A stretch of 64,000 nucleotides of DNA from Pelomyxa schiedti. Lineage: Eukaryota > Protista > Evosea. The notes below the pieces were generated by a model. That model had not been told where the DNA came from and ran no database searches. It worked only from the letters and a program-made list of their open reading frames with translations. The position numbers and the translations under genes were made by a program. The first letter of the stretch is position 1. Every line of letters begins with the position of its first letter. The DNA lies in NCBI GenBank assembly GCA_020536535.1, contig JAHLWZ010000793.1:62001-126000 (forward strand), written 5' to 3'. Below, one piece after another: positions 37,719-50,144 of the stretch.

Positions 37719-38668
37719 ATGACTACTTCGGCATCAGCGTCGGCAACGACGGCGGCGGCACCGGACGACGGGGGGCGGGATAGGGGGAACGTTGTTGTGT
37801 TTGAGACCAACATGGGGCGGTTCTCGGTGGAGCTGTACTGGGACCACGCCCCGCGCACGTGCCGCAACATGTACGAGCTGTCGAAGCGGGGCTACTACGA
37901 CGACGTTGTGTTCCACCGGGTGATCAAGGACTTCATGTGCCAGACCGGCGACCCCACCGGCACTGGCAAGGGCGGCGAGTCCATTTACGGGTGCGTATGT
38001 GCATGTTGCTTATACTTGTGGGATGTACTGTGCGCGTGGGTTTCGTGTGCCGTGGGCGGTCAGGAAGTGCATCTATATATTTTTATGTGGGGATTTTGTT
38101 TTGTGTTGTGTGAAAGGAATTTATTTTTTTTGGAAATGTGTAGGACAACATTTGAGGATGAGATTACACGGCAGTTGAAACACACAGGGGCGGGGTATAT
38201 CTCTTTTTTTTTTTTTTTTATCCCGCAATTATTATGAGGTAAACTGAATCTTTAAAGAATTATTGCCATGGCAAACTCAGGCCCCAACACAAACGGTAGG
38301 TTGCATTGACATATTTTGTTGCTTACACATGGCACAGGAAGTCAATTCTACGTCAGTCTCGCACCATGCCCCTGGCTGGATGGTACACTCCTTCTCTGAG
38401 ACCAGTAGTACCTTGGAGGAATAACCTTTCTGCACTACAGGGAAGCACACCATTTTTGGACGGATATCTACTGGCATGATGACAATAAAGAGACTGGGAA
38501 ATGTACAGACTGACATTCACGACAGGCATGCTCTCAAAACTATCACAACCACTAACACCAGTAATACACTCACAAAGACCCCTCTCTGAGGTCAAAATCA
38601 TACGAAGCTACCCAGCCAACCCAGAAAGCTTGGCTGCAAACACAACCACTGTAGGTGACAGCAACTGA
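37719..38668 (+). CDS. PPIL1: Spliceosomal cyclophilin PPIL1
   Basis: ELYWDHAPRTCRNMYELSKRGYYD..FHRVIKDFMCQTGDPTGTGKGGESIYG, FEDEI..LKHTGAG, MANSGPNTNGSQF, WLDGKHTIFGR, DRPLSEVKI. Confidence 0.93.
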
Positions 38669-38994
38669 GCAGCTGGACCACAAGTTCCTCCTTATCCTCC
38701 CTCACTCGTTTCTCTGCTTTCTGGTGTCATCACCTAACACCTGGAACAAAACATGTGAATGCTGCTCAACTAGCAGCATTGCTGTGAGCTTTAATTGAAG
38801 TTAACAAACTGTTTGAGTGAAAAAGCAGGTATGGTGCGTGCTGTGGTTTTTCCCGAAGCAATTCCTTCAGATCTGATCCATCGACATTGATTTGAATTTC
38901 GTTGTCCTGCAGTTGCACATCGCTCCAATATTAAACCGGTGGTGAAGGCGACGCGATACCTCGCGGCACCGACGTTCGATTGGGATTAGCTAAA

Positions 38995-41900
38995 ATGCAA
39001 GGAGGCGAAGTGGCTGAGCACAAGGATCACAAGACACCGAGGGCTGGTGCCAAGGCCGAGAAGAAAAAAACAGCCACACAAAAGAAATTATTCGGTGACA
39101 GGTCTGTGTGGTCTCTTGTTGGTTGAGTATCTGTTGCTAATGTTGGAGAGTTTTTTATGTTTTTTTTTTTTGTTTTTTGGTTGCTGTGGGTCAATATTGA
39201 TGAGCTTAGGTTCAACGACGGAAGTACGGTCGGGAGGAAGGATGACCCAAAGAAGGCGTTGTCAAAGGAGGCAAGGGCTCAGAGGAATCCTAAGGTTCGG
39301 TTTCATTGGGACTAATACATATTAACTCCTGCTGATGTGCAGGCCTTTTCATTTGTCGCAACCAAAAGAGTGCACTCAAAAATGCAGAGAAGAGCTGATT
39401 TGCTCCAAATGAAATTGCACAATCCTCTTCCCGATCGTGCTCCCAGTTTAGCACCACCTTACATTGTGGCTGTTGTTGGCCCTCCTGGGGTAACAATCCT
39501 TGAACCAATTCTACAGATATCTCACTCTCATAGGTGGGAAAGAGCACACTGATATCGTCTTTGATTAGGTTGTATGCAAATAGAAGTATGTGGGATATCA
39601 ATGGCCCAATTACGATTGTATCAGGTAAGACCCAGAGTTAATTACTCTTCTGTATTACTCTAATCCATGGACAGGGAAAAAAACCAGATTAACCTTTGTT
39701 GAGTGTCCGAATGACCTCAATGCCATGATCGACGTTGGCAAGGTTGCAGATGTCGTGTTGTTGATGATTGATGCGTTTTATGGCTTCGAAATGGTGGGCA
39801 TGAAAACATAAAAACGATGACTGGTGCTTAACTCACCCCAAGGAAACATTCGAGTTCCTCAACGTTTTGCAAGTACATGGTTTCCCGAAAATCATAGGGG
39901 TGCTCTCTCATTTGGATATGTTCAGGCAACAAAAACAGATGAGACAAGCAAAGCGCAAATTAAAGCACAGATTTTGGGCAGAAATTTACAAAGGTGCAAA
40001 GTTGTTTTATTTGAGTGGTCTGATTGCTTCAAAGTATTTCCCTACCTTGTTACTCAATTTCTCTTATACTGTCAATTAGGTATCCTCGTAATGAAATTCG
40101 TAACCTTGCTCGTTTCATTGCAGCAATCAAGTTCCGCCCTCTTTCTTGGAGGATGCAACACCCATATTTGCTTGCTGATCGAGTTGAAGATGTCACAAAT
40201 CCTGTCATCGTGAAATCTAATCCTTTGGCTAATCGAACCGTTAGTATGTTTGGTTACGTTCATGGCACGAATTTGAAAATGGCTCAGAAGGTCACCCTAT
40301 TATTCTAGTAGAAGTTAATTGATTATGGCCAGGTGCATGTGGCAGGAGTAGGTGATTTTACCCCCATCGAAGTGCAACAGCTTCCGGACCCATGTCCATT
40401 CCCTACGTTGCAGCAGGTTGGTACTGTTATTGTCTTCAATCTAACACCTCTGAAGGCTCGCAGGAAATTGAACAGTAAACAAAGACTCATTCACGCTCCC
40501 ATGGCGAGCATGGGGCAGATGAAGTATGACCAAGATGCTGTATACATCAACGAATCATCTGCTGCGTTTGAGTCAGGTTTTCGAACATCGATGAGTTCAA
40601 CAATTGACTTCCCACTCTAGCAAAAGAAAGTAAATTTAGTGGAGATAAGATTTGGTCCAAGTTGCACCAGTCTAGTACTTCTATGGACACTCGTCTTGAA
40701 AATCAAAAGCTTGATATATTTTCGGCTTCTGATGGTAGTAGCTTTCTTCCTGTAACTTGACTAAAGGACAAACACAAGGCTTGAAAATGAACTCAGCCCC
40801 TACGGAAGAGCCCAAGGCGGAAGTAACAACTCTGGACCGGAGGCCAGTTGTGAGCAAAGGACCAGTTGAAGTTCCCCCAGTGAAAGAAACCGCTGATGAC
40901 TCTAGTGATGAGAGTGACAAGGAAAGCGAGGCGCAAGAGAGTCAAGAACCTGTGGTGCATCTTGTTGGAAAGATAACGGGTGACGATGAAAACAGTGAAG
41001 ACGAAAAAGTTGAGTTTGAGGGGGAAGATGGGGGAAATAACACCGACGATGAAGAGTATCAAGATGGCGGCTGGGGTGAAGAAGAAGATCAAACTGTTTA
41101 CCCAAGTGTTGAGGCAGTTGCAAACAGGCAAAATAGTGTAGTTCCCAAAACTGAACCGACTTCTTCAAATGAGCCAGACACCGTTGAGGTCGGCAAAACA
41201 GTGCCCTTTCTTTAGTACTTACTCCAATCTAGATAAACAGAAGGTGGAAGAATGTTCTTCTTCCAGTAGAAGAATCTCTTCATGACAAAGTTTACACCAA
41301 AGCCCCCAAACCAGCAACTTCTCCCTCTTCTAGTACACCAACTCCCAAAGAAGCCGAGGACACAGATTTCTTCCACCGTGTTGGGGATAATCTATCAACA
41401 GAAGAAGTTGAGTGGAATGTACTGGACTCTAGTAAGCAAGCATTGCCATTTGATGACCTAGCTGATTTTATGGAAAAGCTGACTCTCAGCGCAGTGGTAT
41501 CAACGCCCCGCATTAGTTTCCATCTGACAACAAACTTTTTTCAGAAAATGCAATTACAACAGCATTTCATTGGAAGAGAGGACTACGGAGCTGGGTTTGG
41601 TATCTTAGACGAATTCGAGGACTTAGAACAATCCCAACAATCCCCAGGTATGTTCAAAGTCCATAGCTTGTTGTTAACCTCCATTAGCTCTGAGTGAAGA
41701 ACAAGAAGCAGAGAGACGTGCCAAAGCTAAAGAAGCCCAGAAAAAAGAATTCGACGCCGAGTAAGCTCCCGGTTCAACTGCTTTGTGCTGTGCTAATCAC
41801 CCTAGGTATGACCTTGATATACACGGTCACGATGAGCCTGAAGACGATGAAGAAGTACCTAGCAGCAACTGGCGGCGTCTGGTTTACCCTAATGAACTCG

Positions 41901-43740
41901 GCAATGAAGATGCTGACACTCCGTATCGTGATCAATTGGCTCATCAAATGCGAAAGCAGAAGCTTATCAACCAAACGGAATTCGCCAAGTTGAAGTCATT
42001 ATTTGTTATTTTAACTAACACATGCAGTGAATATGAGGATGCACGCCACCAACTTGAAGGTATAGCTGCAGGAGCCTACGTTCGTTTGGTTTTCTCAGAG
42101 GTGCCTTGTGAATTTACCAAATACTTCAGCCCCTCTTGGCCAGTGATCATTGGCGGTCTGCTATCCTCTGAAGAGCAAAATGGATTTGTTCAAGTATGTG
42201 TTCGTGTCATTGCATGTAATAAGAGAGTCTTCAGGTTAGGTTCAAGAAGCATCGGTGGTTTCCCAAAATTCTCAAGACCCGCGATCCAATAGTGGTGTCT
42301 TTAGGGTGGAGGCGTTTCCAAACAATGGCAATGTACAGCATGAAAGACATCAAGGGGGCAAACAAGTTGATAAAGTATACTCCGCAGCATATGCACTGCT
42401 GTGCTACATTCTGGGGTAGGTGCTAACTGGAAATGCATTTGTTTTAAAATTGTTGATTATCCCTCAGGTCCTCTCACAGCACCCGGAACAGGGTTATTAG
42501 CATTCCAATCAGCAAACCATCAGGTATGCCGATTACTCTTTTAGATGATGGCTTATCTTCCCTTCCCAGAAACAATTCCGCATTAGTGCTACAGGCGTGG
42601 TACTTGAGAATGACCAATCCTTTAAAATTATGAAGAAGCTGAAACTTATTGGCTACCCAATCAGGATTCTTCAAAACACATGTTTTATTCAAGGTAAGAG
42701 TAAAATCAAAGTTGCGAAGACTCAACACTCCAAGGGATGTTCAATAGCAATCTTGAGGTAACCAAGTTCCATGGAGCAAAGCTGCGTACAGTTAGTGGTA
42801 TCCGTGGATATGTTAAAAAAGGCATGCCCCACAACCCTGGGGTATTCCGAGCAATTTTCGAAGATAAACTTCTTCCAAGCGGTATTTCTTCTCCCTCCCT
42901 TTAGTATCCTTCTAATCTGATACTAGATATTGTATTCCTCCGCTCTTGGTATAGAGTTGCACTCCCGAAGTTATACAATCCTGTAACAAACATGCTTCAC
43001 GGTTCTAACCGTCTGGGCTGGAGGGCAATGAAACTTGTCAGGGAAATTAGGGAGGAAAGGGGTTTACCTATTCCCTCCAAGTTTGATTCTCTCTACAAGG
43101 TTGACACCACAACATCATATATCTTTTTAGGTGCAAATAACATTACTAATGCCTCACAAGGAAGTAGTGCGCCAGCCACATATCGATGCCCCTGTGAGAA
43201 TTCCGGAAAAGATCACAAGCAAACTTCCATTCCAAGCCTTGCCGCAGCCCGCACTCCACACTTATCTATCACCAGTGGAAGCCCCTCATTCCTCTACACG
43301 GCTCACAAGGCCCCAGAAAAGTCTTGCAGTTGTCCGCACCAAGAAGGAAATGGAGCTTGCAGACTTGATGAAGAAAGTCACAGAAATCCGTGATGCAAAG
43401 CTCAACAAGAGTGTCCAGAAAAGCAGAGCCACCAACAAGTACTGCCTTACACCTATTTTTTAAAATGTTATAACATCCCTAACACTCATAAAGGAAAAAG
43501 CGCCGAGAACGGCTGTCACTAGCACGTGCTAAGGTGCACAAAACAAGGGACAACGTGGCAAAGCAACTGCACAAAAACCGCACAAAGTTCTCCAAAAGGG
43601 TTGTCAGTGGGCCATCCTCTGGAGGTGGTGACAGCTCAGTGGTAGGAAAGAAAAAGACTGGGAAGAAGGGTGGTGGGAAGAGAAAGAAGGAGGGAAAGAA
43701 ACCAAGAGGCCCTGCCACAAAGAAAAGGAGAACCAATTAA
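38995..43740 (+). CDS. BMS1: Ribosome biogenesis GTPase BMS1
   Basis: [18 protein letters not shown]|[75 protein letters not shown]. Confidence 0.96.
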
Positions 43741-43879
43741 AGATTTTATCTTGTGTTTTGCTCTTTTATTTCTGTAGTGGTAGGTACAATCGTCTACTTC
43801 CGTTATTCTGCTAGTAGTTAGTGTGAATCGGGCGTCTTGGTGTATAATACTATTCAGTTACACACTATCCAATGTGCTG

Positions 43880-45666
43880 TCAATTGCCGTGCTTGCTCTG
43901 CTTGGAAAGTTCCCTCAGCCTCCCTTGCTTGTCTAGATACATACCCGGAGGTAGTCCCGGTGTAGAAGCACCATAGGCACCGCCACCTCCATATCCTCCG
44001 CCATAGCCACTGGAGGCTCCATAGCCACCTCCGGGAGGCCCATAGCTGGATGCTCCATAGGCTCCTCCGCCGGGAGGTCCATAGGTGCTGGAAGCTCCGT
44101 AGGCCCCTCCATAGCCACCACCTGTGGGCCCTGTGGCTCGCGGGTCAGGGTTTGCTGACCCCATTGGTCCTGAGGGCCTTGGGTCTGGGTTCATTCCTTG
44201 CATGGAACCAGTTGGCCTTGGGTCTGGATTGGCGCCTTGCATAGAACCGGTTGGTCTTGGGTCGGGGTTTCCCCATGGTGGTGGGTAGCCTGGAAAGAAA
44301 AATAAGTCTTCACTGTACCGTCTGGTAGTGATATCTTATTTTTCGATACACATTATTAATTTAGAATGCATTATTTGTATAAGATATATCTGGGATTCAA
44401 ACCAGGTTGATTCTGTGGAGGAGGATAGGGAGGGTAGCCACCTGGACCTGGTGGAGGAGGATATCCCGGGTATGGTGGGTAGCTTTGATAGGGAGGATAG
44501 CCACCTTGCGGATTAGTGGGTGGTGGTGGATACCCACCAGGAGTGCCCTGATTTGGAGGAGGATAGCCTGGATATTGTTGGTAACCCGGATATGGAGGGT
44601 ACCCTGGGTATGGAGGCTGCTGCTGCTGCTGGGGCATTCCAGGGGGTTGCTGTGGGGGCCCAGGGGGCTGGTACGATTGCGGTTGCGGGGGAGTGGGTTG
44701 TGCGGGAAAACTAGGCTGCTGCCTGGTAAATCCTTGAAAAGTCATAACAGCCGCACCCAAAGAAGCAAATCCAAATCCCTGCATAGGCTGTGGGGGCTGT
44801 TGCTGTTGAGGAGGGGGCATCCCTGGCTGCGGCGGCATTCCTGGCTGAGGGGGCATCCCTGGCTGCGGTTGGGGTTGTTGCTGTGGCATTCCTGGCTGTG
44901 GTGGGGGAAATTGTTGGGGGGGCATTCCTGGCTGTTGTGGCATCCCCGGCTGTGGTTGGGGTTGTGGCGGCATCCCCGGTTGTTGCGGAGGCATCCCTAG
45001 CAGCAATCCTGGCATCCCTGGCTGCGGTTGGGATTGTTGTGGCGGCATCCCTGGCTGCTGAGGGGGCATCCCCGGCTGTGGTTGGAATTGTTGCGGGGGC
45101 ATCCCTGGCTGCGGTTGGGATTGTTGCGGCGGCATTCCCGGTTGCTGAGGGGGCATCCCTGGCTGTGGCTGGAGTTGTTGAGGGGGCATCCCCGGTTGTT
45201 GCGGGGGCATCCCTGGCTGCGGTTGGGATTGTTGTGGCGGCATCCCCGGCTGTGGTTGAAATTGTTGTGGCGGCATCCCTGGCTGCTGAGGGGGCATCCC
45301 CGGTTGTGGCTGGAATTGTTGCGGGGGCATCCCTGGTTGCATACCGGGCATCCCCGGTTGTGGTTGAGATTGTTGCGGCGGCATCCCTGGTTGCTGAGGG
45401 GGCATCCCCGGTTGTTGCGGGGGCATTCCGGGCATCCCTGGTTGTGGTTGGGGCATCCCTGGCTGTGGTGGGGGAAATTGTTGGGGTGGTGCGGATTGCG
45501 GCGGCGGCGGGGGCATCGGCGTACCCGGCGAGACTTGCAACCCCGGCGGGGGCATCTGAAACGGCAGCGGTTGCATCCCGGATTGTCCAGGAGGTATCTG
45601 GGGCGTGCCGGAGTTGGCCGTAGGTGCGCCGTACGTCATCGGTTGTCCTTGCTGTGGCTGCGCCAT
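43880..45666 (-). CDS. Wholly low-complexity P/Q/G/M/Y-rich repeat protein (2 exons)
   Basis: ATG 45666 (MAQPQQGQPM..); QPGMPPQQ repeats; PPYPGY repeats; one intron near 44293-44403; four NPDPR units; YGG tail. Confidence 0.8.
44810..45485 (-). repeat. Coding tandem repeat array (QPGMPPQQ / QPQPGMPPQQ units)
   Basis: GGCATCCCTGG/GGCATCCCCGG recurs about every 21-33 bp on the + strand. Confidence 0.9.
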
Positions 45667-45887
45667 TTTTTCTGTTCTGTTCTGTTGCTTTGATTTGGCT
45701 TGTGGGGGACTGTTCTCCGGAACACTACCTTCTGGGCCAGGGCGCTGGGGGCTGTAGAAGATGCATTGAACCACACAGAGACAGCTCAACCACCTGAAAA
45801 ATTGCCATCGACCAACTTTCTTTTTACTCTCGCCACCCAGCAAAACGCACAAAAAACCAACACAAAACAAAACAAACCACAGCGGAT

Positions 45888-47391
45888 ATGTTTGCGAAGG
45901 AGACACACGACCGGCCCGAAACAGCAGCGCGGTCATCCCCGGCGCAATTCCTGTGGGCGCGTGTTCGCAATACCATGGTGCAGGCGTCCACGAGCGCCAC
46001 GCTGTCGTTGTGGCAGGGCTACACAAATTCGCAGGGCCATAAGGTGGATCTCACGCCAAGAACCGATCTAATTTCGTCGGCTGTGTACTATCCACCGTGA
46101 GTTTTCGATCACATACCCTATGGATGTATTAAATAATTAGAATATGAGGGATTCAATGTTGCGTCTATGTATGTGTGTCGGTTTTGCAGCGAGGGTCTCT
46201 GTGAGTGTTAGAAGACACTTGTTGCAACTTTGTAAAAACCTGACTATGCTTCCCTGCCGTAACGCCCTATTTAAGCTTGTCTTTAGGCCTCCAGATGAGC
46301 TTCCTCGGTTTGGGCCAGGTCCATATACGACTGTGGTTCATACTGTTCCCTCTGACATTCTGGAGGAAGGAGTGCGACTCATGCGTGCTTGTAAGGGAAC
46401 TGACCACGTTCTGCTGTCTCCCCCTACAAGTACTACAGAATCTCCTGCAAGCACTAGCACTAGCACCAGCACTTCCACCAGCACCAGCAGTGCAACATCA
46501 ACAACTTCTCCTGCCACACCCTCAAGTACAACAACAGAGACTTCGGCCCCAAGTACAACAACCACAACTGCTACTACAACTACTACTACTTCCGCCACTG
46601 ATCCCGTTATGGCTCCTGCAATAGAGACTACCACAGCTGCCGCAGCAACAGTTCCACCCCCCACAACGACGTCACCCCCAAGTCCTGCTGTGGTTCTTAT
46701 ACCGCTCACCGCCACTGCTCCTTCTGCTCATGATTTTCCTCGCGTTGCAGTGCTTGATATGGCATCTGACCTCAACCCAGGTGGGGCGTACCTCACAGGT
46801 TCCACCAGCCAGGAGGAAGACATGTGTCGCCGCACCGATATATTGAACTACTTGCATACCATGCGTTATCCCATTCCCCCTGGTGCAGGCTACTATGTTC
46901 CGTTTGTAAGATACTTCCGGTATGGCGTACTTGTTTTTCTATCTCATTTCTTATCCCTTTTGCCAGACAGGATAGGGTACATACATACAATTACCTTGAC
47001 ACGGCAGAAACCCTTTCCGTTTTTGTTGTTCCCGCACTAAGGAGGCCCGTGCTTGAAAGGCACACTACCGCTTCCGGGGTAGAAGAGCGCCTTTCAGGTT
47101 TGCCTTTCTAAATGTGACTGCTTCGACTCACATCACACAGTTGCCGATCAGAAGAAAACAAAGGCAGCCTTTTGGACCCAGTTCAAAATGGCAATGGACC
47201 ATGGAGCAGACAACGTTGTGATTGGGGCTTTTGGCTGTGGTGCCTTTGCCAACCCACCAGCGCATGTTGCCCAGATGGCCCAGGAGGCACTGGGACACTT
47301 TGTGGGTGTGTTCAGGCGTGTATCATTTGCAGTACTCCCCCCAACTGGAAACAACTATGCCCAGTTTGCAAAGGTATTTCCAGCAGAGTGA
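45888..47391 (+). CDS. Microbial-type poly(ADP-ribose) glycohydrolase (TIGR02452/DUF2263 macrodomain)
   Basis: VAVLDMASDLNPGGAYLTGSTSQEEDMCRRT (catalytic GG..QEE) and VVIGAFGCGAFANPP..VAQ..F..VSFAV. Confidence 0.9.
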
Positions 47392-47464
47392 CGAAACAAC
47401 AACTTCTAGGGGAAACCATAAAGAAAAAAAAAGACAACAAAAGAACCTGCAGCCTTTTATAAGC

Positions 47465-47892
47465 CTAAAGTAGGAGTTTGGGTGCAAGTTGGTTCTCTTC
47501 ATGAAGAGCCTCAACAGTCTCCCAATCACCAATGAATGTGTCTCCTGTATTTGGTGATGCCCAGGTTAATGCGAATATGCTTTTTAATTTAATTGATTTC
47601 CTGTTATTTGAATTGCGGTTTTGTTTTGGAGGCGGAAATAACACACCAACAAACAAGAGGGGGAATTTCCCTTTGAGTCCACTGTTGTTCCACACCATTT
47701 CTCTTTTGGTTTGGTCGAGGTCAAGTCTTACAACCGCAACTTTTCGCCTCAAAACTGTGACCTCTGAGTGTGCAGGAAAAGAAAATTGGGAAAAGTCTCA
47801 CGGGCTTCAACGAGGTTGATCATGCACGTGGTGTACTTTTGCACCAAAACGCCACCAGTACCGGACGTGTAGACCGTCACTTCCCCGGACAT
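47465..47892 (-). CDS. SH3BGR/glutaredoxin-like small thioredoxin-fold protein (3 exons)
   Basis: MSGEVTVYTSGTGG..MINLVEA|..RLDLDQTKREMVWNNSG..FPLLFV|GDTFIGDWETVEALHEENQL; no CxxC. Confidence 0.8.
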
Positions 47893-48107
47893 TTGGTTTG
47901 TTTTCGCTTCGCTTGAAGTCCCAGATCTGCTCCTCAGGGTCTCTTGAGGCACACAATTGCAAGCTGGTCATTTTTATTTTTTTCCTTCAATTTTTTTTTT
48001 GTTCTTTGTCCTTTTACGGCAAAAAAAACCAAGCAACAACAAGGGGCGCATCTTCGCGCGTCGGCAGTCGTCAGATCTCGTCGCTTTTTGTCACCCACAG
48101 ATCGGAA

Positions 48108-49760
48108 ATGATGATGATGTCGGGTGTGACACCACAACAGTACCAAGTTGTGTACACGAACGGCGGGTACCCGGTTACGTACCCTTATCCGCTCGTTCCG
48201 GTAATGCAACAACAGACCGTCCCAATGACGCCTGTTGCCCAGCAAACTACCGCTGCGCAGCCAACCGGTATTTTTTTTTTTTTTGTGTTTTTTTTAATTT
48301 TAAGGTGTCACGTACGTTTGTTAAATGTTGGTACAGTGGCACAACCCAGTACGAAAAAGAAAGCTGCCTCAAAACCAAAACCCAAACCAAAACCTAAAGC
48401 TAAGACAGAGTATGTTTCCCTTTTGCCAGTTTTCTGCACTAACTTGCCCACCAAACAACGTGGACTCTAGACACAAAAAAAGTACTCCCCCTTCATCATA
48501 CAAACACCACCTACCATCACTGCACATTTCAACAACTTCAAAGAAATAACAACAAACAGTTGATGCCTCCCTCGCTCTCAAAGTACGCGAAGCAAAGAGA
48601 ATAGAGGAAATCATTACCCCAGCAGCTCAATTATCACAGTAGGTTCCCCGCTGTTCCTTTCTTACTTATTGGTATAAGGGAAGACAAACGCATCATTTCC
48701 AAGGTTCGCGAAGTTGTGGGCCAGGTGGTAACGGACGCTGAAATTCTAAATGAGTTAGACCGCCACAACAGGGACGTTGGTGCAACCTGCATTGCACTGT
48801 GTAATCTTTTTTCTTTCCTTGCCTCTTTTAATGGTGGTTTTTGTGTTGGGGGGAGGATACAGCAGAAGGCGCTGGTGAGTGGCAGTTAGAATCCAAATCC
48901 AAGAAGAAGAAGGAACGCCAGGAACGGGAACGCCAAGCAAAAGCAGCGCAAGCCCAACAGCAACAGCCTGCTTCTTCCAAGCCTGTAACCCCAGCTAAAC
49001 CAGTAGCACCAGCACCAGTTCCAGCTAAGCCAACAGCTCCTGCTCCTGCACCTCCTACCACTTCTACATCAGCACCAGCAACAACACCAGCAACACCGGT
49101 ACCTGCCCCTGTGGTGACCGCTCCACAACCTACAGCTCCCGCAGTCACAGTTCCAACTCCTGCAACCCCCGCAACCGCTCCTGTAGTCGCTCCAACCCCA
49201 ACAGCCGCCGCTCCCCAAGCAAAAGGAAAGACCAATCCCAAGAAGAAGACCACCGCTACGCCACAACAACCAGCTGTCGAGGCCACACCCCCAAACACTG
49301 AGGGTATCTCTTTCACCCTCACCGGTTTTGCCTAATTTTTTTTAGAGAAGCCTGACGAACTGTTTTCTAGGATGGGAAAGTATGTAGCGGTTCCATTTTC
49401 CTGTGGTAAATATCATTCCCTAGTTCAATCAATAACGAACTTGGGGTGCTAGCCAATCATGAACAAGTTGTAAGGACTTTACAAGAAGAACTTACCAAAG
49501 CTCAGTCTGAGGGCAATGATCTTCTTGCCTCTCTGAGGAACTCCCAGGTTTCCTTCGCTTCGGGAATTGGATTCCCCACTTATATCTTTTAGGCCGAACT
49601 GGAGCAGCAGAAGATTCGTATTGAAAGCGACCTACGCCACGCAATACAATCCCTTGACACCACCGAGAAGGAATTGCAAATTTTGCACACCACAACCGTC
49701 GAACGCCTATCACTCACACACAAACGCTTGGATGTACTCCTTGCAGGCTCTGAGCTGTGA
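48108..49760 (+). CDS. Protein with a UBA/CUE-like domain (GIP1/UBAP2/Def1-like), P/A/T-rich linker and C-terminal coiled coil
   Basis: IISKVREVVGQVVTDAEILNELDRHNRDVGATCIAL..GEWQLESKSKKKKE; heptad-rich C-terminus. Confidence 0.65.
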
Positions 49761-50144
49761 TCCACCAACGAAATCAAATTTTGCCCCTCCACAATCCGTG
49801 GGGAACCGCAACGCAAAGCCACCCAAACAAAATCCACCACCGCAACAAAAAAAAAAGCCTCAGATTAAAGATGGAATCACCCTAAGTACTTGATACCCGT
49901 CATAATCGTTGAACGTTTGATTAGATTATTCATCACAAAGGTAACAGCTTTCCTCTCAGCTGAGGGCGTGGCTAGTTCTAGGCCACCCTCCTCCAGGGGA
50001 ATTATGGTTCGCTGTGCCAGGCTACACCAGATTTCCCTTTACAAAAAAAGAGCGCATTTGGCGTCTCTTGGGCCATTCGCAAAAAACCAAAAAAACATCA
50101 AAAGACAAAAGGTGCGATCAGGGCATTGGAGAAACACCAGGCCA

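Noticed and set aside
44810-45485. Direct-repeat array as a possible CRISPR
   Set aside because: These are in-frame coding repeats without unique spacers, in a eukaryotic context with no cas genes.
44407-45693. Long + strand ORFs (LRGHPW / GASLAAV repeats)
   Set aside because: They are antisense shadows of the QPGMPP repeat gene.
49960-49995. Short imperfect hairpins (also near 38759-38781 and 59621-59681) as possible snoRNAs
   Set aside because: The stems are short, lack convincing C/D or H/ACA boxes, and are compatible with chance.
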